Of a stretch of DNA of 64,000 bases, positions 18,983 to 31,142 are shown one piece after another. The DNA comes from an uncultured cyanobacterium (lineage in GTDB: Bacteria; Cyanobacteriota; Cyanobacteriia; Cyanobacteriales; Nostocaceae), in the NCBI GenBank assembly GCA_963740315.1, contig CAVUDP010000002.1, positions 3,168,001 to 3,232,000 of the forward strand, read 5' to 3'. The notes below the pieces were generated by a model that saw only the letters and a program-made list of their open reading frames with translations, ran no database searches and was not told where the DNA came from. Made by a program: the position numbers and the translations under genes. The first letter of the stretch is position 1; each line of letters begins with the position of its first letter.

Positions 18983-20872
18983 TTACTGCACCATTTCGTT
19001 CGTTGGGTGAAAGTAATTGTAAATTTCTTGTGCGAGACGCGGACCAATTCCAGAGACTTCGGCGATTTGAGCGGGTGTTGCTAACCGAATGTAATCGATC
19101 GAACGAAAATGAGCTAATAATTGTTGTTGGCGATTGTGTCCCAAGCCGGGAATTTCATCCAAACGCGATCGCCGTAATTTTGCGGTGCGTTGTTGGCGAT
19201 GGAAGGTAACGGCGAAACGGTGGGCTTCGTCGCGCAAGCGTCGCAGTAGTTGGACTCCGGGTTGTTCGGATTCTGTTTTCAGCGGTATGGATTCTCCGGG
19301 TACAAATATTTCTTCCCGTCGTTTGGCAAGACTGACAACTCGCACGTCTTCTAATAAGTTCATTTCTTGTAAAACTGCGACGACGGAAGATAGTTGTCCT
19401 TTTCCACCGTCTATCATTACTAAGTCGGGAAAATCGGGATTACCTATTCTTTGCAATTGCGGATCTTCTATATATTTACGAAAACGTCTGCCGATAACTT
19501 CTGCTAAGGAAGCGAAGTCGTCTGAATGACCGATTTTAATCTCAGGATTTCTAATTTTATAGTGGCGATAGTGCTGCTTTGCTGGTAAACCTTCGATAAA
19601 TACCACTTGCGAAGCTACCGCATTTGAACCCTGAATATGAGAAATATCGTAACCTTCGATGCGATGCGGTAAATCGGGTAAATCTATTATGGCTGCTAAA
19701 TCTTGTAGCGCTTCTTGGTTGCGATCGCCAAGTTTTTGCATTCTTTGCAGTTCGTAGTTGGCGTTTCGTTCTACCATTTCAATTAATTCTGCTTTGAGTT
19801 GGCGCTGGGGATTAAAAATGGTGACTTTTTTTCCTTTACGCTGGCTCAACGCTTCCGCCAAAATTTCTGCATCCGGTAAATCGTGCTGCACCAAAATCTC
19901 TGTAGGGATTTCTACTGAGTCGGCGGTTTGATAGTGTTCTTCTAATACTCGTTGTAAAATAGCTCCAGCTTCGGCTTGTGCGTCGGCTAAAAATGCTAAT
20001 CTTCCAACTAATTGTCCGGCACGAATCTGAAATAATTGAATGCAGGCGTATTTGTCATCTGCGGCTAGAGCTATGGCATCTCTAGAAATCGTATCATCAG
20101 GTAAAGATACTTTTTGGTCGGCATTTAAGGTTTTTAACCCGGCGATTTGATCTCTTACCCGCGCCGCAGTTTCAAAGTTTAATTCTTCGGATGCTTGATG
20201 CATCTGTTGGTTAAGTGTATCAATTAATTCAGAAGTCCGACCTTGGAAAACCATCGCTACTTTTTGGACGATTTTACGGTATTCTTCGGGTGTAACTAAT
20301 TGCTGACAAACACCCGGACATCTTCCTAAATCGTAGTTTAAACAAGGTCTGTCCTTAAATAAAGGTTGCGGTCGTTGTCGTAGGGGGAATATTCGTTTAC
20401 ACAAATGCAATATTCCCCGTAATAAGCGAGAATCGGTATAGGGACCGTAATATTTGTCTTTTTCTTTACCAAGTCTGCGTTTGCGCGTGATAAAAATTCG
20501 CGGATATGTTTCAGACCAAGTTATACAAACGTAAGGATACTTTTTATCATCTTTGAGCAGCACGTTAAAATACGGTTGATGCTGCTTAATCAAGTTTGCT
20601 TCTAACGCTAAAGCTTCCGTCTCGGTATCGGTGACAATAAATTCAATATCCGTCACCTGTCTTACCATCGTAGCGATGCGTTCGGTAAGTTTTTGCGACT
20701 CCCGGAAATAAGAACGAACCCGCGATCGCAATTTTCGCGATTTACCGATGTATACAATGCGATCGGTTGCATCCCGCATCAAATAAACCCCCGGCTCCGG
20801 GGGAATCTCTTTCAAACGGTTTTCCAAACGTTCTGGATTTTTTAGCAGCGATATTTCGGCAGATTTTGTCAC
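18983..20872 (-). CDS. uvrC: Excinuclease ABC subunit C
   Basis: GIY-YIG (GVYLM...YIGKS), UVR domain, [21 protein letters not shown], HhH. Confidence 0.97.
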   Translation of the reverse strand: MTKSAEISLLKNPERLENRLKEIPPEPGVYLMRDATDRIVYIGKSRKLRSRVRSYFRESQKLTERIATMVRQVTDIEFIVTDTETEALALEANLIKQHQPYFNVLLKDDKKYPYVCITWSETYPRIFITRKRRLGKEKDKYYGPYTDSRLLRGILHLCKRIFPLRQRPQPLFKDRPCLNYDLGRCPGVCQQLVTPEEYRKIVQKVAMVFQGRTSELIDTLNQQMHQASEELNFETAARVRDQIAGLKTLNADQKVSLPDDTISRDAIALAADDKYACIQLFQIRAGQLVGRLAFLADAQAEAGAILQRVLEEHYQTADSVEIPTEILVQHDLPDAEILAEALSQRKGKKVTIFNPQRQLKAELIEMVERNANYELQRMQKLGDRNQEALQDLAAIIDLPDLPHRIEGYDISHIQGSNAVASQVVFIEGLPAKQHYRHYKIRNPEIKIGHSDDFASLAEVIGRRFRKYIEDPQLQRIGNPDFPDLVMIDGGKGQLSSVVAVLQEMNLLEDVRVVSLAKRREEIFVPGESIPLKTESEQPGVQLLRRLRDEAHRFAVTFHRQQRTAKLRRSRLDEIPGLGHNRQQQLLAHFRSIDYIRLATPAQIAEVSGIGPRLAQEIYNYFHPTNEMVQ

Positions 20873-21367
20873 AAATCTAAGAAGAAAAATTTAATAAATC
20901 GACCCACCTTTACTATTTTAAGTAAAATCACCCTTGTTGTGCGTTGATTTCTTTTTTTATAGCAATTAGATACAAATGCCTTTGCGATCGTTCCTTCTTA
21001 ATTAACTATAAAATCTTTAAGAACCAAATTCGATTTTTTTGAATTCAAGATTAACTTGAATAACTACACTCGATCTCAAGCGAGACTATAACTCTTTTAA
21101 CCCCAAGCTTCGTAGTTCCTCAATATTTTAGCGCCTTATCATAATCAATTTGTTATAATCGCTCAACTTAAATAAGCAGGATTCCGGATTATTGTAAAAG
21201 CCTTGATAATTAAGAGAATCAACGGATATATAGACTGTAGATAAATGATTATCATTGGTATAAATCGGACTTAATACTCGTGACAAATTCGTGTATAGGT
21301 TGAGATTATTTTTTAATGTTCCTGCGTCATTTTCGATTAACTTAGAAAATATTTGAGGAGAATAAAT

Positions 21368-21547
21368 ATGAATTCGCAAGACTTTGAATCACAGTATCGT
21401 GAAGCAATGAATGAAACACTTAACGAACTGCAATCAGCAATTCTACTGTTAGCACAAGCTCAACGAAAAATCTCTATTATTGGCTCTTCCGTACAAAATC
21501 TGAGTCAAAGCGTAGAAGAATATTTAATTAACCAAAAGTCCGAATAA
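21368..21547 (+). CDS. Small hypothetical coiled-coil protein
   Basis: GAGGAG RBS before ATG at 21368. Confidence 0.6.
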   Translation: MNSQDFESQYREAMNETLNELQSAILLLAQAQRKISIIGSSVQNLSQSVEEYLINQKSE

Positions 21548-21557
21548 AAATTCTACT

Positions 21558-21980
21558 TCATATTTGGCGGCAAAATAACTCTTTTTCAATAGCTTGGGTA
21601 AGCTCGGTGAGAATTACAGGTTTAACAAAATAGCGACGAGCGCCTAAACCAATCGCTCGATCGCAATCCGATTTAAAAGCTAATCCCGAAACTACGATTA
21701 CAGGAATTTTATTTTGCATTTGCTGCATTCTTTCCAAGAGCGAGAAACCGTCAATATCTGGTAATTTTAAATCTAAGACAATTAAATCTGGTTGAAAAAC
21801 CTCTATTGTAGAAAAAAACTTTGAGCCGTCGGGTAAGCCTTTAACTTCGTATCCACAAAAATTTAAACAATCGCTCAGTAGCATCCGATTAGTATCGTTA
21901 TCTTCAACTAGTAAAACTTTTTTCACCTGATGTGACTTGAATTGCTGTTTTACACTTATTAGCTGCACTGTCATTTTCAC
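21558..21980 (-). CDS. Single-domain response regulator (CheY/DivK-like)
   Basis: LLVEDN, VLDLKLPDIDG, FVKPV. Confidence 0.9.
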   Translation of the reverse strand: MKMTVQLISVKQQFKSHQVKKVLLVEDNDTNRMLLSDCLNFCGYEVKGLPDGSKFFSTIEVFQPDLIVLDLKLPDIDGFSLLERMQQMQNKIPVIVVSGLAFKSDCDRAIGLGARRYFVKPVILTELTQAIEKELFCRQI

Positions 21981-22565
21981 CTATTATCTTAAGTCGTAAG
22001 TCAATTATTCTTAGTCAGACTTATCAAAGATACAAATTTGAAAAAAGTAAGCTAGCTGAGATTATCCATCAATAAAATTTAGTGTTACTATTATTAATGC
22101 TTATAAATACTATCTTAAAATACAAATTTAAGGCAAAGTTAAACTATTCTTTAACCTTCCTTAAGTTTTAATGATAAATTTAACCTTTTCTTTAGACAAA
22201 CTCAGTCAGGCATTGAAAATTACCGTAGTGCCGTTTTGGTAGCTTGTCCGTTAGAATATGCATCTTGCTAGAAGTACCGATCGCCTGTATAATCTCAAAC
22301 TATCCCTGAGCAAATATACTTTAAACTAACAACTTGTACCATTTTCAACAAGCCAAAAGAAACCGGGATATTTTCGTAAAAGTTTTTCTAGATTAGTTGT
22401 TCGCGCATATTCCCGATTTATCATTTAGGTACAAGATATGACTAAAACACAGTTTAGATATATTTAGATATATACAGTTATTGGTTAAAGCTTTCATAGA
22501 TTGTATCTGAAGTGCGATCGAAAATTTAACTAGTTTTCAATCATATTTTGATAATAGTGGCTAAC

Positions 22566-23123
22566 TTATGCTAATGATTTCTGGATATTTTTTGCTGCCT
22601 TACGCTTTGCAGCAAACAAGCCGAGTGCAATTAATCCTAACAGCGCTGAAGGTTCTGGAACCTTTTTTTTCTGAGAAGCTTTTGATTGCCAAACATTAGT
22701 ATAAGTCTCTAAAGCTAATTGCTGTTTGCTTTGTGATGGAGTAAATTCAACATCATATATAATATATTCAACTCCATCGGGCGAAGTTATGACTTTAACG
22801 GCTTCAGCAGTTTCAATTGATTTTAGAATGCCTTTAGCTTTTTTTAACAAGGGATTATTTAATATCTTTGGATTATTGTTTTCGCTGAATTCACCGTACA
22901 AATCAAAATTGGGGAAGGATATGCAATTCGCTTCATTGCATTTCGGTGTCTTTACCAAAATATCTTTACTATCGGATGATGCTTGATTTTGTGGATTTTG
23001 GTTTAAATCATCATTACTGTTAATATTTGTAGTCAAACTTGCTTGTGCCGGGGCTGTAGCGCTGGCGCTAATTATCGTACCAAATAAAGCGTAATTACTA
23101 ATTTTTTTTATAGTTATTGTCAT
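22566..23123 (-). CDS. PEP-CTERM sorting-domain protein
   Basis: Signal peptide ending AQA; C-terminal VPEPSALLGL, TM helix and basic tail. Confidence 0.85.
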   Translation of the reverse strand: MTITIKKISNYALFGTIISASATAPAQASLTTNINSNDDLNQNPQNQASSDSKDILVKTPKCNEANCISFPNFDLYGEFSENNNPKILNNPLLKKAKGILKSIETAEAVKVITSPDGVEYIIYDVEFTPSQSKQQLALETYTNVWQSKASQKKKVPEPSALLGLIALGLFAAKRKAAKNIQKSLA

Positions 23124-23304
23124 GGACGCAATTGTTCTTTAAAAACTAAAAAAACATTTTTTGAGTGCAATTAAATTACTGTATATACCCAAAATGTCAA
23201 AAAAAAAGATGCACAAAATAAGTAATGCCAGGTTAATTTTAACCCGGTACTACTGTAAATGCCGATACAAATTAGTTAATTTTGTATCAATCTTAAATAA
23301 AGAT

Positions 23305-24480
23305 TTAATGAACCGACCGTAAAAACTGGGATATTTTATCTACAGCAGTTTCTAATATAGGTGGTTCGCGAACCAAAGCAAAGCGCACGTAGCCTTCTCC
23401 CGATTTACCAAAACCAGCACCAGGGGAAACTGCAACTCCCGTATTTTCAACTAACTGCGTGCAAAATCGAATAGAATCTTTACTCCAAGGTTCCGGTAAC
23501 TTTGCCCAAACATACATTGTGGCTTTAGGCACGGGTACTTCCCATCCGATACGGTGTAAAGCATCAACAAAAGCATCGCGGCGTTTTCGGAAGCTATCTA
23601 CATTTGTCTTCACCTCCAATTGCGATCCACTTAAAGCGGCGATCGCACCATTCAAAATTCCCCGATACTGATTAAAATCAACTACTGCTTTGACTCGACG
23701 TAACGCTCCAATCAACTCGCGATTACCGATCGCAAAGCCGACGCGAAAACCACCCATATTGTAGGATTTAGACAAAGTAAAAAACTCAATGGAGATACTT
23801 TTTTCTAAATCGGCTTGCAAAATTGAAGGAGCTTCGTCTTCTGTAAAAACCAAATCTACATAGGGAAAATCGTGAACCAGAACAATATCGTGCTGCCGAC
23901 AAAAAGAAACAGCTTTTTTAAAGAAAGATAGCGGTGCGGTAGCAGCAGTAGGATTGTGGGGATAACTCAATACCATCATTCGCGACTGTGCTAATACCGA
24001 CGGGGGAATTTCCTCAAACACGGGTAAAAAATCGTTTTCCGATCGCAAAGGCATAGGATAAATTTGACCAGAAGCTAAGTAAATTCCCCCGGCGTGAGAA
24101 GGATAGCCAGGATCGAGTAGTAAAGCAAAATCCCCTGGATTTAAAATCGCTAAAGGTAAATGTGCCGTCCCCTCTTGAGAACCAATTAGGGGTAGCACTT
24201 CGGTTTGGGGGTCTACCGAGATTTTAAATCGCTGCTCGTACCACTCTGCTGCTGCTCTCCTAAACCCTTGAGTTCCATGAAACAATAAGTAACCATGAGT
24301 ACTCGTATCTGACAAAGAATTAGCGATCGCTTCAATCACATGACTCGATGCCGGTAAATCGGAAGATCCCAAAGACAAATCAATTAACTGGCGATCGTTA
24401 GCCAAAGCTTTAGCCTTAGCAATATCCATATCTGCAAACACATTAGATTGCAGGGGTTGTAAACGAGAGGCAAATTGCAT
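23305..24480 (-). CDS. PLP-dependent class I/II aminotransferase (LL-diaminopimelate aminotransferase-like)
   Basis: GSQEG, YPHNPT, DFPY, SKSYNMGGFRVG. Confidence 0.88.
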   Translation of the reverse strand: MQFASRLQPLQSNVFADMDIAKAKALANDRQLIDLSLGSSDLPASSHVIEAIANSLSDTSTHGYLLFHGTQGFRRAAAEWYEQRFKISVDPQTEVLPLIGSQEGTAHLPLAILNPGDFALLLDPGYPSHAGGIYLASGQIYPMPLRSENDFLPVFEEIPPSVLAQSRMMVLSYPHNPTAATAPLSFFKKAVSFCRQHDIVLVHDFPYVDLVFTEDEAPSILQADLEKSISIEFFTLSKSYNMGGFRVGFAIGNRELIGALRRVKAVVDFNQYRGILNGAIAALSGSQLEVKTNVDSFRKRRDAFVDALHRIGWEVPVPKATMYVWAKLPEPWSKDSIRFCTQLVENTGVAVSPGAGFGKSGEGYVRFALVREPPILETAVDKISQFLRSVH

Positions 24481-24565
24481 TTTTAAGGTTAGTTGTTGCG
24501 TTGGTTAGTTATGATTAATTTTCTAAACTACCATTTACTAACCACTATCTACCAACTACTATCTA

Positions 24566-24898
24566 CTAACCACTTAAATGGTTATCTAATAAATTCATCA
24601 ATTTATCTTTATTAACAACTCCCTCACTGGAAGCTAATACTTTATCTCCTTGAACAAGTCGCAAAGCAGGTACGCCTTCCACCTGATATTGCTTAACAGT
24701 AAGTGGATTAGGATCGACTTCCATTTTGACAACCTTAAGCTTGTCACTGTACTTCTGGGCAGCGGCGCTAATCGCTGGGGACATCAACTTACAAGGTCCG
24801 CACCAAGAAGCCCAAAAGTAAACTAATACTGGCTTTTCGGCTTGCAATACTTCCTTCTCAAAATCAGCATCATTGATATTGTTTACACCCTCGCTCAT
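24566..24898 (-). CDS. Thioredoxin
   Basis: WCGPC; true start MSEGV at 24898 with GGAG RBS (the longer ORF is STRR read-through). Confidence 0.92.
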   Translation of the reverse strand: MSEGVNNINDADFEKEVLQAEKPVLVYFWASWCGPCKLMSPAISAAAQKYSDKLKVVKMEVDPNPLTVKQYQVEGVPALRLVQGDKVLASSEGVVNKDKLMNLLDNHLSG

Positions 24899-24989
24899 TT
24901 TAATCTCCACGTAATAGCATCTTTTTATCGTTACACAAATTAAATGTATCCCAATTTGTTGTCTTGAAACTAGTAGCTGTAGGAAGAGG

Positions 24990-25086
24990 ATGGGGGGATG
25001 GGGGGATGGGGAGATGGGGAGATGGGGAGATGGGGGGATGGGGAGACAAGGGGACAAGGGGAATTGTAACCTTTGACCTTTGACCT
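24990..25086. repeat. STRR heptamer/octamer tract
   Basis: (GGGGAGAT)n/(GGGGACAA)n followed by (ACCTTTG)n. Confidence 0.85.
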
Positions 25087-25170
25087 GTTCCCATCCCCAT
25101 TAAATCGAAAAATCCCACAACCAATACGATCGTGGGATAATTTCAAATAAATGATTTTAAGTATAACCAA

Positions 25171-25956
25171 TTACATCTGGTCTAATTCTTTGCGTAGGGA
25201 CTCTAATTCAGAATCCACGGGTTCGCTTTTTTTCTGCTGCGCTTGGCTGGAGTCGGTTTGCTGTGGTAGCTGAGGTTGGCTTGTTGGTTCGCTTCCGGGT
25301 AGAGTCATTTGTGCTTTTAAGGCAGCTAATTCATCATCTACTCCGCTACCTGCTTCTAACTGTGCAAATTGACTTTCTAAGTCGGCTCCAGCTAATTCAC
25401 CTGCCGATTGAGCGCGTGCTTCTTGAATCATGACTTTTTCTTCCATGCGCTCGAATGCAGCCATTGCACTGCTGCTATTCATACCGCTAACCATTCCTTC
25501 AAGCTGCTCTTGGGCTTTGGCTGCGGTAATCCTGGCTTTGAGCATTTCTTTCTTGGTTTTCGCTTCAGAAATTTTGCTCTCTAACTGGATTAAGCTACGC
25601 TTGAGATTATCAACTTGAACGGTTTGCTGGTCTAAACTTGTTTTAAGAGTATTTGCAGACTCACCAAAAGATTTTTTACGTTCTAAGGCTTGACGAGCTA
25701 AATTTTCATCGCCTTTTTGCAGCGCTAACATGGCATTACGCTGCCATTTATTATTTTCATTATTTGCATCGTTATATTGCTTCTCAGTACGTTTTTGAGC
25801 AGCAATAGCTTGAGCAACACCTTGACGCAAGCGAACTAAGTCTTCTTGCATCTCGATAATGGCTTGTTCGAGTATTTTTTCTGGATCTTCGGCTTTACTC
25901 ACCAAGTCGTTGAGGTTAGCGCCTACTACTCGTTTTACGCGGTCAAATAATCCCAT
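25171..25956 (-). CDS. vipp1: PspA/IM30 family protein Vipp1
   Basis: AEDPEKILEQ, AFERMEEK, and a C-terminal extra helix (VDSELESLRKELDQM). Confidence 0.88.
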   Translation of the reverse strand: MGLFDRVKRVVGANLNDLVSKAEDPEKILEQAIIEMQEDLVRLRQGVAQAIAAQKRTEKQYNDANNENNKWQRNAMLALQKGDENLARQALERKKSFGESANTLKTSLDQQTVQVDNLKRSLIQLESKISEAKTKKEMLKARITAAKAQEQLEGMVSGMNSSSAMAAFERMEEKVMIQEARAQSAGELAGADLESQFAQLEAGSGVDDELAALKAQMTLPGSEPTSQPQLPQQTDSSQAQQKKSEPVDSELESLRKELDQM

Positions 25957-26119
25957 AATTTTTTCCTCTTGAGATTTACGCTCTTGTGATAAAAAGTTAG
26001 TTTTACTACTTCTATATTTACCTATTTCAATCTAAACTTAATCTTCTCAAATAGTCTTGCTCATAACCCCTAATTCTTAGAAGAAATGTTACAGTTTCGA
26101 CCTATAGAATTAAATCGGA

Positions 26120-26809
26120 CTATTCAGGAAGCTGTTGGTTTTTTTGCGTACTACCCGGAAATTGTGCTTTCATTGCCGAAAGTTCGGCATCTACATCATC
26201 ACCTTCTGCCAAGCTCGCAAATTGATTTTCTAATTCGTCTGTACCAGATACGGCGATCGCTTCTTGTTTCGCTTCTAATTCTAAAAGTTTGTCTTCCATT
26301 TTCTCAAAAGCCGAAAGCGAGCTGGTATTGCCAGTTTCACCAAGCATTTCTTGAATTCGCACAGAAGCTTCAGCAGAACGAGCGCGAGCAATAAACATAT
26401 CTTTCTTGGTTTTAGCCTCAGAGATTTTGAACTCTAAAGACTGCATATCTGTTTTAAGTTTAGCTACTAAAGTTTTTTGTTGCCCAATTTGTTCTAAAAG
26501 CGCAGTTGCACTTTGTTGGTAGGCTTTACGTTTGGTAAGGGCTTCTCGCGCTAAAGCCTCATTACCTTGTTGCAAAGCCATTTGAGCGCGACGATACCAT
26601 TCCGAAGCTGTAGATTCAGCTTGAGCCGCTTGTCGTTCGGTGCGTTTTTGAGTGGCGATCGCTTGTGCTACTCCTTGTCGCATCCGCACCAAATTTTCCT
26701 GCATCTCATAAACGGTTTGTTCGAGAATTTTCTCTGGATCTTCTCGTGCAGCCGTCCAACTATTCACATTTGAACGAAATAAGCGCCCGATACGCTCCAT
26801 CAGCCCCAT
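26120..26809 (-). CDS. pspA: PspA/IM30 family paralog
   Basis: EDPEKILEQ, AFEKMEDK; lacks the Vipp1 C-terminal extension. Confidence 0.82.
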   Translation of the reverse strand: MGLMERIGRLFRSNVNSWTAAREDPEKILEQTVYEMQENLVRMRQGVAQAIATQKRTERQAAQAESTASEWYRRAQMALQQGNEALAREALTKRKAYQQSATALLEQIGQQKTLVAKLKTDMQSLEFKISEAKTKKDMFIARARSAEASVRIQEMLGETGNTSSLSAFEKMEDKLLELEAKQEAIAVSGTDELENQFASLAEGDDVDAELSAMKAQFPGSTQKNQQLPE

Positions 26810-26981
26810 AAGTTAAGCCTCCATTTTTTCAGTTAGCAGTTAGCAGTTAGCAGTTACCAGCGAATCTGCTGTAATTACGGCGTATGGTATTTTGTTAGCG
26901 CCCATCAACCAATCTCTTCCACGTTTTAAGTGAGGGAATTAAACCGCTTGAACGCGCTAATAACTGTTAACTGTTCACTGT

Positions 26982-28367
26982 TTAATTGTCTGGTTCTTCT
27001 ACTCTTGCCGTAATTCCATTTTCTTTGAGAAGTTCTAAATGTTTTCTTAATCTGTCTTTGGATTTGAAAGCACCTAAATAAACATATTTACCTTCGGGTG
27101 ATAAATATGCATCTGGAATTACTTTTTTTACCTCGGTTAAGGTGTCACCTGTATTATCTACGATGACATTATAAAATCCACCATTCGATGGTTCTAATTC
27201 GTCCAGGTTTTGAGGAGTAGATGCTGCTTGAGTGGGAACAGGGGTAGCATTCGTCGCTGGGGCTGTTGGCGGTACTTCTACTGCGGTTGCAGGTACTGCT
27301 GGGGCTGGATTTGTAGCTTGAGCAGGTGGTTTTGCTGCGATCGTCGGCTTGGTTTTGGGTGTTGCCCCTGCGACATCATCAATATTTTTTATAACAGGAA
27401 GCGCATCAGTTGCAAGATTGGGATTTTTAGTTATGGGCGTTAATTTTTGTTCGCCTGACTTTACATCACTTACATTCTCAGTATTTTTACTTGTGGCAAC
27501 TTCTCGATCGCGCTTAAATAATCCGGCGAAAGTCAATGAAGGTAGGTTATCCAAGTTAAAGATTATATAGCCAAAAGTAATGCTTGAAACTAAAAGCAAC
27601 AGCATTGAGCCAATACTTAAAGGCGATAGCAGACTGTCATTGTTATTTTTTGGCTTCTTAGTAGTTTGGGGTTGTTCTTCTTGTAAGCTTCGCAGTAAAG
27701 CTTCAGAAGATTCTAAATAGTCGTCTGGCTGCTTAGTAGTGTCATTTTTAGGTGCGGATATATTTTCTTGTGTATCTTGGGTATTTCGATTTATGTCCGC
27801 TTTAACAATACTGCTTTGATTTGATGGCGGCGGATTTTGAGCTTTACTTCTCACCTTCGTCGTTTCAGGAAATGGTACTGCTTGCTCCCCTGGAGAAGAA
27901 ATTTCGATCGCGGGTTCAGAATTCGTCGTTTCAGGAAATGGTACTGCTTGCTCCCCTGGAGAAGAAATCGCGATCGTGGGTTCAGAATTTGTCTCTTGGT
28001 TGAAAGCCACTCCTGGGGCAGTAGGTATGGGAGGAGGCGGGGGCGGCGTTTTAATTGGACTTTGCGTCGTATTTATATTTGCTTGCTGTTGTCTTATATA
28101 AGCCGCAGCTTGTTCACCTGTTATTTGCTGCGAATAACTTTTCGTCTTCGCAACAGTTACAGCGCTTTGGGCTTGTGGTTTGCCAGCTATCAAACTACCA
28201 AGACTCTTTTGAATTGGTGTTCTATGTGAAATTCGCGTTCGACGATATCGCGCCAACTCTTCATCAAGCTGTACTTCTAAACTTGCTAGCGCCGAGCTTA
28301 TTGCCGGTTTTAGATTTGATGATTTAGATGTTTGATTACCAGAATAATATAGGGGGTTTTCGCTCAT
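26982..28367 (-). CDS. Conserved single-TM hypothetical protein with a SPOR-like C-terminus
   Basis: LEVQLDEELARYRR, DYLESSEALL, TM helix, C-terminal YLGAF motif. Confidence 0.7.
   Translation of the reverse strand: MSENPLYYSGNQTSKSSNLKPAISSALASLEVQLDEELARYRRTRISHRTPIQKSLGSLIAGKPQAQSAVTVAKTKSYSQQITGEQAAAYIRQQQANINTTQSPIKTPPPPPPIPTAPGVAFNQETNSEPTIAISSPGEQAVPFPETTNSEPAIEISSPGEQAVPFPETTKVRSKAQNPPPSNQSSIVKADINRNTQDTQENISAPKNDTTKQPDDYLESSEALLRSLQEEQPQTTKKPKNNNDSLLSPLSIGSMLLLLVSSITFGYIIFNLDNLPSLTFAGLFKRDREVATSKNTENVSDVKSGEQKLTPITKNPNLATDALPVIKNIDDVAGATPKTKPTIAAKPPAQATNPAPAVPATAVEVPPTAPATNATPVPTQAASTPQNLDELEPSNGGFYNVIVDNTGDTLTEVKKVIPDAYLSPEGKYVYLGAFKSKDRLRKHLELLKENGITARVEEPDN
27856..27987 (-). repeat. 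66-bp coding tandem duplication
   Basis: NSEPxIxISSPGEQAVPFPETT occurs twice. Confidence 0.85.
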
Positions 28368-28501
28368 TGCCCATTTGCCTCCGTACCAACTGCCAGATTA
28401 TCCACCGTGTAAAACAGATACCCTTGTGCTAATCCTAGCGAAAATTATCATAGAAATATGATTTTACCTGGATGTAATTCTTCCAATCACCTTTATTCAA
28501 G

Positions 28502-29044
28502 ATGTCTTTTGAATCAATTCCAGAGATTTTAGACCAACTGCAAATTGAAGCTTTATACCAACAACAGCCTTTACAACGCCTACTTGATTGTTGGCAAGAA
28601 GTTGTGGGAAAAGTCATTGCCACTCATACCCAGCCAATATCGATTGAACGGGACGTTTTGTGGGTAGCAACCTCTGGCGCTGCTTGGGCACAAAACCTAA
28701 CTTTTGAGCGCCAAACTCTGCTAAAAAAGTTAAATAAAATATTACCAACTCCTTTAGTAGATATACGCTTTTCTACCGCTCGTTGGCAGCGTACCAAAAA
28801 AAAACCATTTCGGCAACAAAATATTTCCTCTTCGGAGCATCCGAGTTACTTAGGAAACTTCGATCGACAGGCTAATCTTCACTCATTACCCAAAAATCCT
28901 GATGCCGCTTTTGCTAATTGGGCTAAAACAATAAAAACGCGATTTTCAGATTTACCCCTTTGTCCTAGCTGTCAATCTCCCACTCCGGAGGGAGAGTTGG
29001 AACGTTGGGGGGTTTGTTCGATTTGTGCTGCTAGGTCTTTTTAA
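28502..29044 (+). CDS. DUF721/DciA-like protein with a Zn-ribbon
   Basis: WQEVVG, LWVATSGAAWAQNL, CPSC...CSIC. Confidence 0.82.
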   Translation: MSFESIPEILDQLQIEALYQQQPLQRLLDCWQEVVGKVIATHTQPISIERDVLWVATSGAAWAQNLTFERQTLLKKLNKILPTPLVDIRFSTARWQRTKKKPFRQQNISSSEHPSYLGNFDRQANLHSLPKNPDAAFANWAKTIKTRFSDLPLCPSCQSPTPEGELERWGVCSICAARSF

Positions 29045-29416
29045 GTTGGGCATTGCAAATAAAGCATTGTTTATTGATAGTTATTCATTGATAATTGTCG
29101 CCTCACACTCAATTAATTAGTCTAGCGGACTACTCCTTAAAGCTGAATGTATCTATGCTCCTATGTGTAAAGCAGGCTAATTAATCGCGATCCCTAATTG
29201 GTTTACGCATAAAAGTCTAGATACTTTTTAATAAGTTTGTTTCTTTTTCGTTACATTAAAATTTAAAAATATAACACAAACATAAAAAGATTATAAAGTT
29301 AATTTTCCATTGGGATCGTGAAAACTCAGCTAGAACAACGGCTTGATGGCTTTATTCAGTATTTGTATCTAGGAGCAGAATAGAAGATGTAGATCGGTCA
29401 ATATAAGGCATTCAAA

Positions 29417-29710
29417 ATGAAAAGCATCCAAATCTTCACTTCAACTTGCCGAAATTGTCGTCACTTCTCGCCAGAAGGTAGGCGCGGAGGTGCTTGTCAG
29501 CAACTAGGAGCGCCAGTACGTGGAAGTTGGAAAGCCTGTTCTTTAGCAGCCTCTCCCTTTGCTCCCTCATGGGAAACCTTGGAAGATGCTTGGAGTTTAC
29601 CCGATGCAACTCCGTTATTAGCTGAGAGTTCTGAATTACTAATCAATAGTGCAGAGTCTAATATTGAACAAGTATCCACTCCCGTTAAAGCCGAAGCTTT
29701 ACTAACTTAA
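29417..29710 (+). CDS. Small Cys-rich hypothetical protein
   Basis: CRNCRHF...GACQQL...WKACSL. Confidence 0.7.
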   Translation: MKSIQIFTSTCRNCRHFSPEGRRGGACQQLGAPVRGSWKACSLAASPFAPSWETLEDAWSLPDATPLLAESSELLINSAESNIEQVSTPVKAEALLT

Positions 29711-29933
29711 ATTGTTAAGTGAGGAGCAATTCCCAAGTGATTGTCCAAACTCAAACGGTTAAATTTCAAGTTAAAAAATGCAGAGTAATAATGTGAAGAA
29801 AATTTAACCGTTCTATATTAGTGATGAATCGGTCTAATCTATATAAATCTAGTGAGTGAATTAAATTTCATATCCTATAAAGTATATTTATAAAATTTAA
29901 GTTGTTAGTGTTTTTATCGCCCTTGCACCTAAC

Positions 29934-29969
29934 AAAAATTGCACCCGTGCTTCTTCAGGTGCAATTTTT
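29934..29969. terminator. Bidirectional terminator candidate
   Basis: AAAAATTGCACC...GGTGCAATTTTT between convergent genes. Confidence 0.65.
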
Positions 29970-30035
29970 CTGTTTATTTTTGAATTTTCGCTTTATAAAC
30001 TTTCTACAATTCAAAATCCAAAATTCAAAATTTAG

Positions 30036-30869
30036 CTAAGGTAGCCAAGGATATTGACGGAAATCTGGCTTACGCTTTTCTAAAAATGCCTGCTTCCCTT
30101 CTGCTCCTTCTTCTGTCATGTAATAAAGTAAAGTGGCGTTTCCAGCAAGTTCTTGTAAACCAGCTTGCCCGTCACAGTCAGCATTAAACGCAGCTTTTAA
30201 ACAGCGAATTGCGATCGGGCTTTTTTCTAAAATTTCTTGCGCCCATTGAATTCCTTCAGCTTCTAGTTCTTCTATAGGTACCACCGTATTTACTAACCCC
30301 ATTTCTAAAGCTTGTTGGGCACTGTATTGACGACACAAAAACCAGATTTCGCGAGCTTTTTTTTGTCCGACAATGCGTGCTAAATAACTCGCACCAAAAC
30401 CACCGTCGAAACTGCCAACTTTTGGTCCGGTTTGTCCGAATACAGCATTATCTGCGGCAATTGTCAAGTCGCAAATTAAATGTAAAACGTGTCCGCCACC
30501 GATCGCATAACCTGCAACCAAAGCAATTATCACTTTGGGCATCGAACGAATCAATCGCTGTAAATCTAATACATTTAAACGGGGAACCCCATCATCATCT
30601 ATATACCCTGCTTTCCCCCGCACGCTTTGATCGCCACCCGAACAGAACGCATATTTACCATCAGTATGGGGACCGGCACCAGTAAATAAAACTACGCCAA
30701 TACTAGAATCTTCGCGGGCATCGCAAAAAGCTTGATAAAGTTCAAAAACGGTTTTAGGGCGGAAAGCATTGCGTTTGTGGGGACGGTTGATGGTGATTTT
30801 CGCAATGCCATCGGCTTTATGGTAAAAAATATCTTCGTAGGTTTTGGCGGTTTGCCAGTTGATTTGCAT
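30036..30869 (-). CDS. menB: 1,4-dihydroxy-2-naphthoyl-CoA synthase
   Basis: RNAFRP, FCSGGDQ, GGGHVLH, VGSFDGG. Confidence 0.96.
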   Translation of the reverse strand: MQINWQTAKTYEDIFYHKADGIAKITINRPHKRNAFRPKTVFELYQAFCDAREDSSIGVVLFTGAGPHTDGKYAFCSGGDQSVRGKAGYIDDDGVPRLNVLDLQRLIRSMPKVIIALVAGYAIGGGHVLHLICDLTIAADNAVFGQTGPKVGSFDGGFGASYLARIVGQKKAREIWFLCRQYSAQQALEMGLVNTVVPIEELEAEGIQWAQEILEKSPIAIRCLKAAFNADCDGQAGLQELAGNATLLYYMTEEGAEGKQAFLEKRKPDFRQYPWLP

Positions 30870-31142
30870 TCTCTGCTAATGGGTAATTTGGTAACGGGTA
30901 ATGAATTAACCCTAGCTTGAGAATTTTATCGTAGTGTGGGGACTTAAGGCTAATTTTTAATTGCTGCGATCGCCAACTACATATAGGAATAGCCTGGATT
31001 TAAAGCATAAATATGTAATTTAAACTGAAGTTCCCCCTAAGCAAAAAACAACTAGCTGCTTACCAAAGGCAATTTTAAGATTTTTTGAATTGCTCGCACT
31101 TTGTACATATGCTCGGAGAGATTTGCTATTTACGAAATTAGA

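Noticed and set aside
24899..25170. N-terminal thioredoxin extension and small Pro/His-rich ORFs
   Set aside because: Translations of STRR tracts
25171..26809. Tandem vipp1/pspA as a novelty
   Set aside because: Paralog pairs are common in filamentous cyanobacteria
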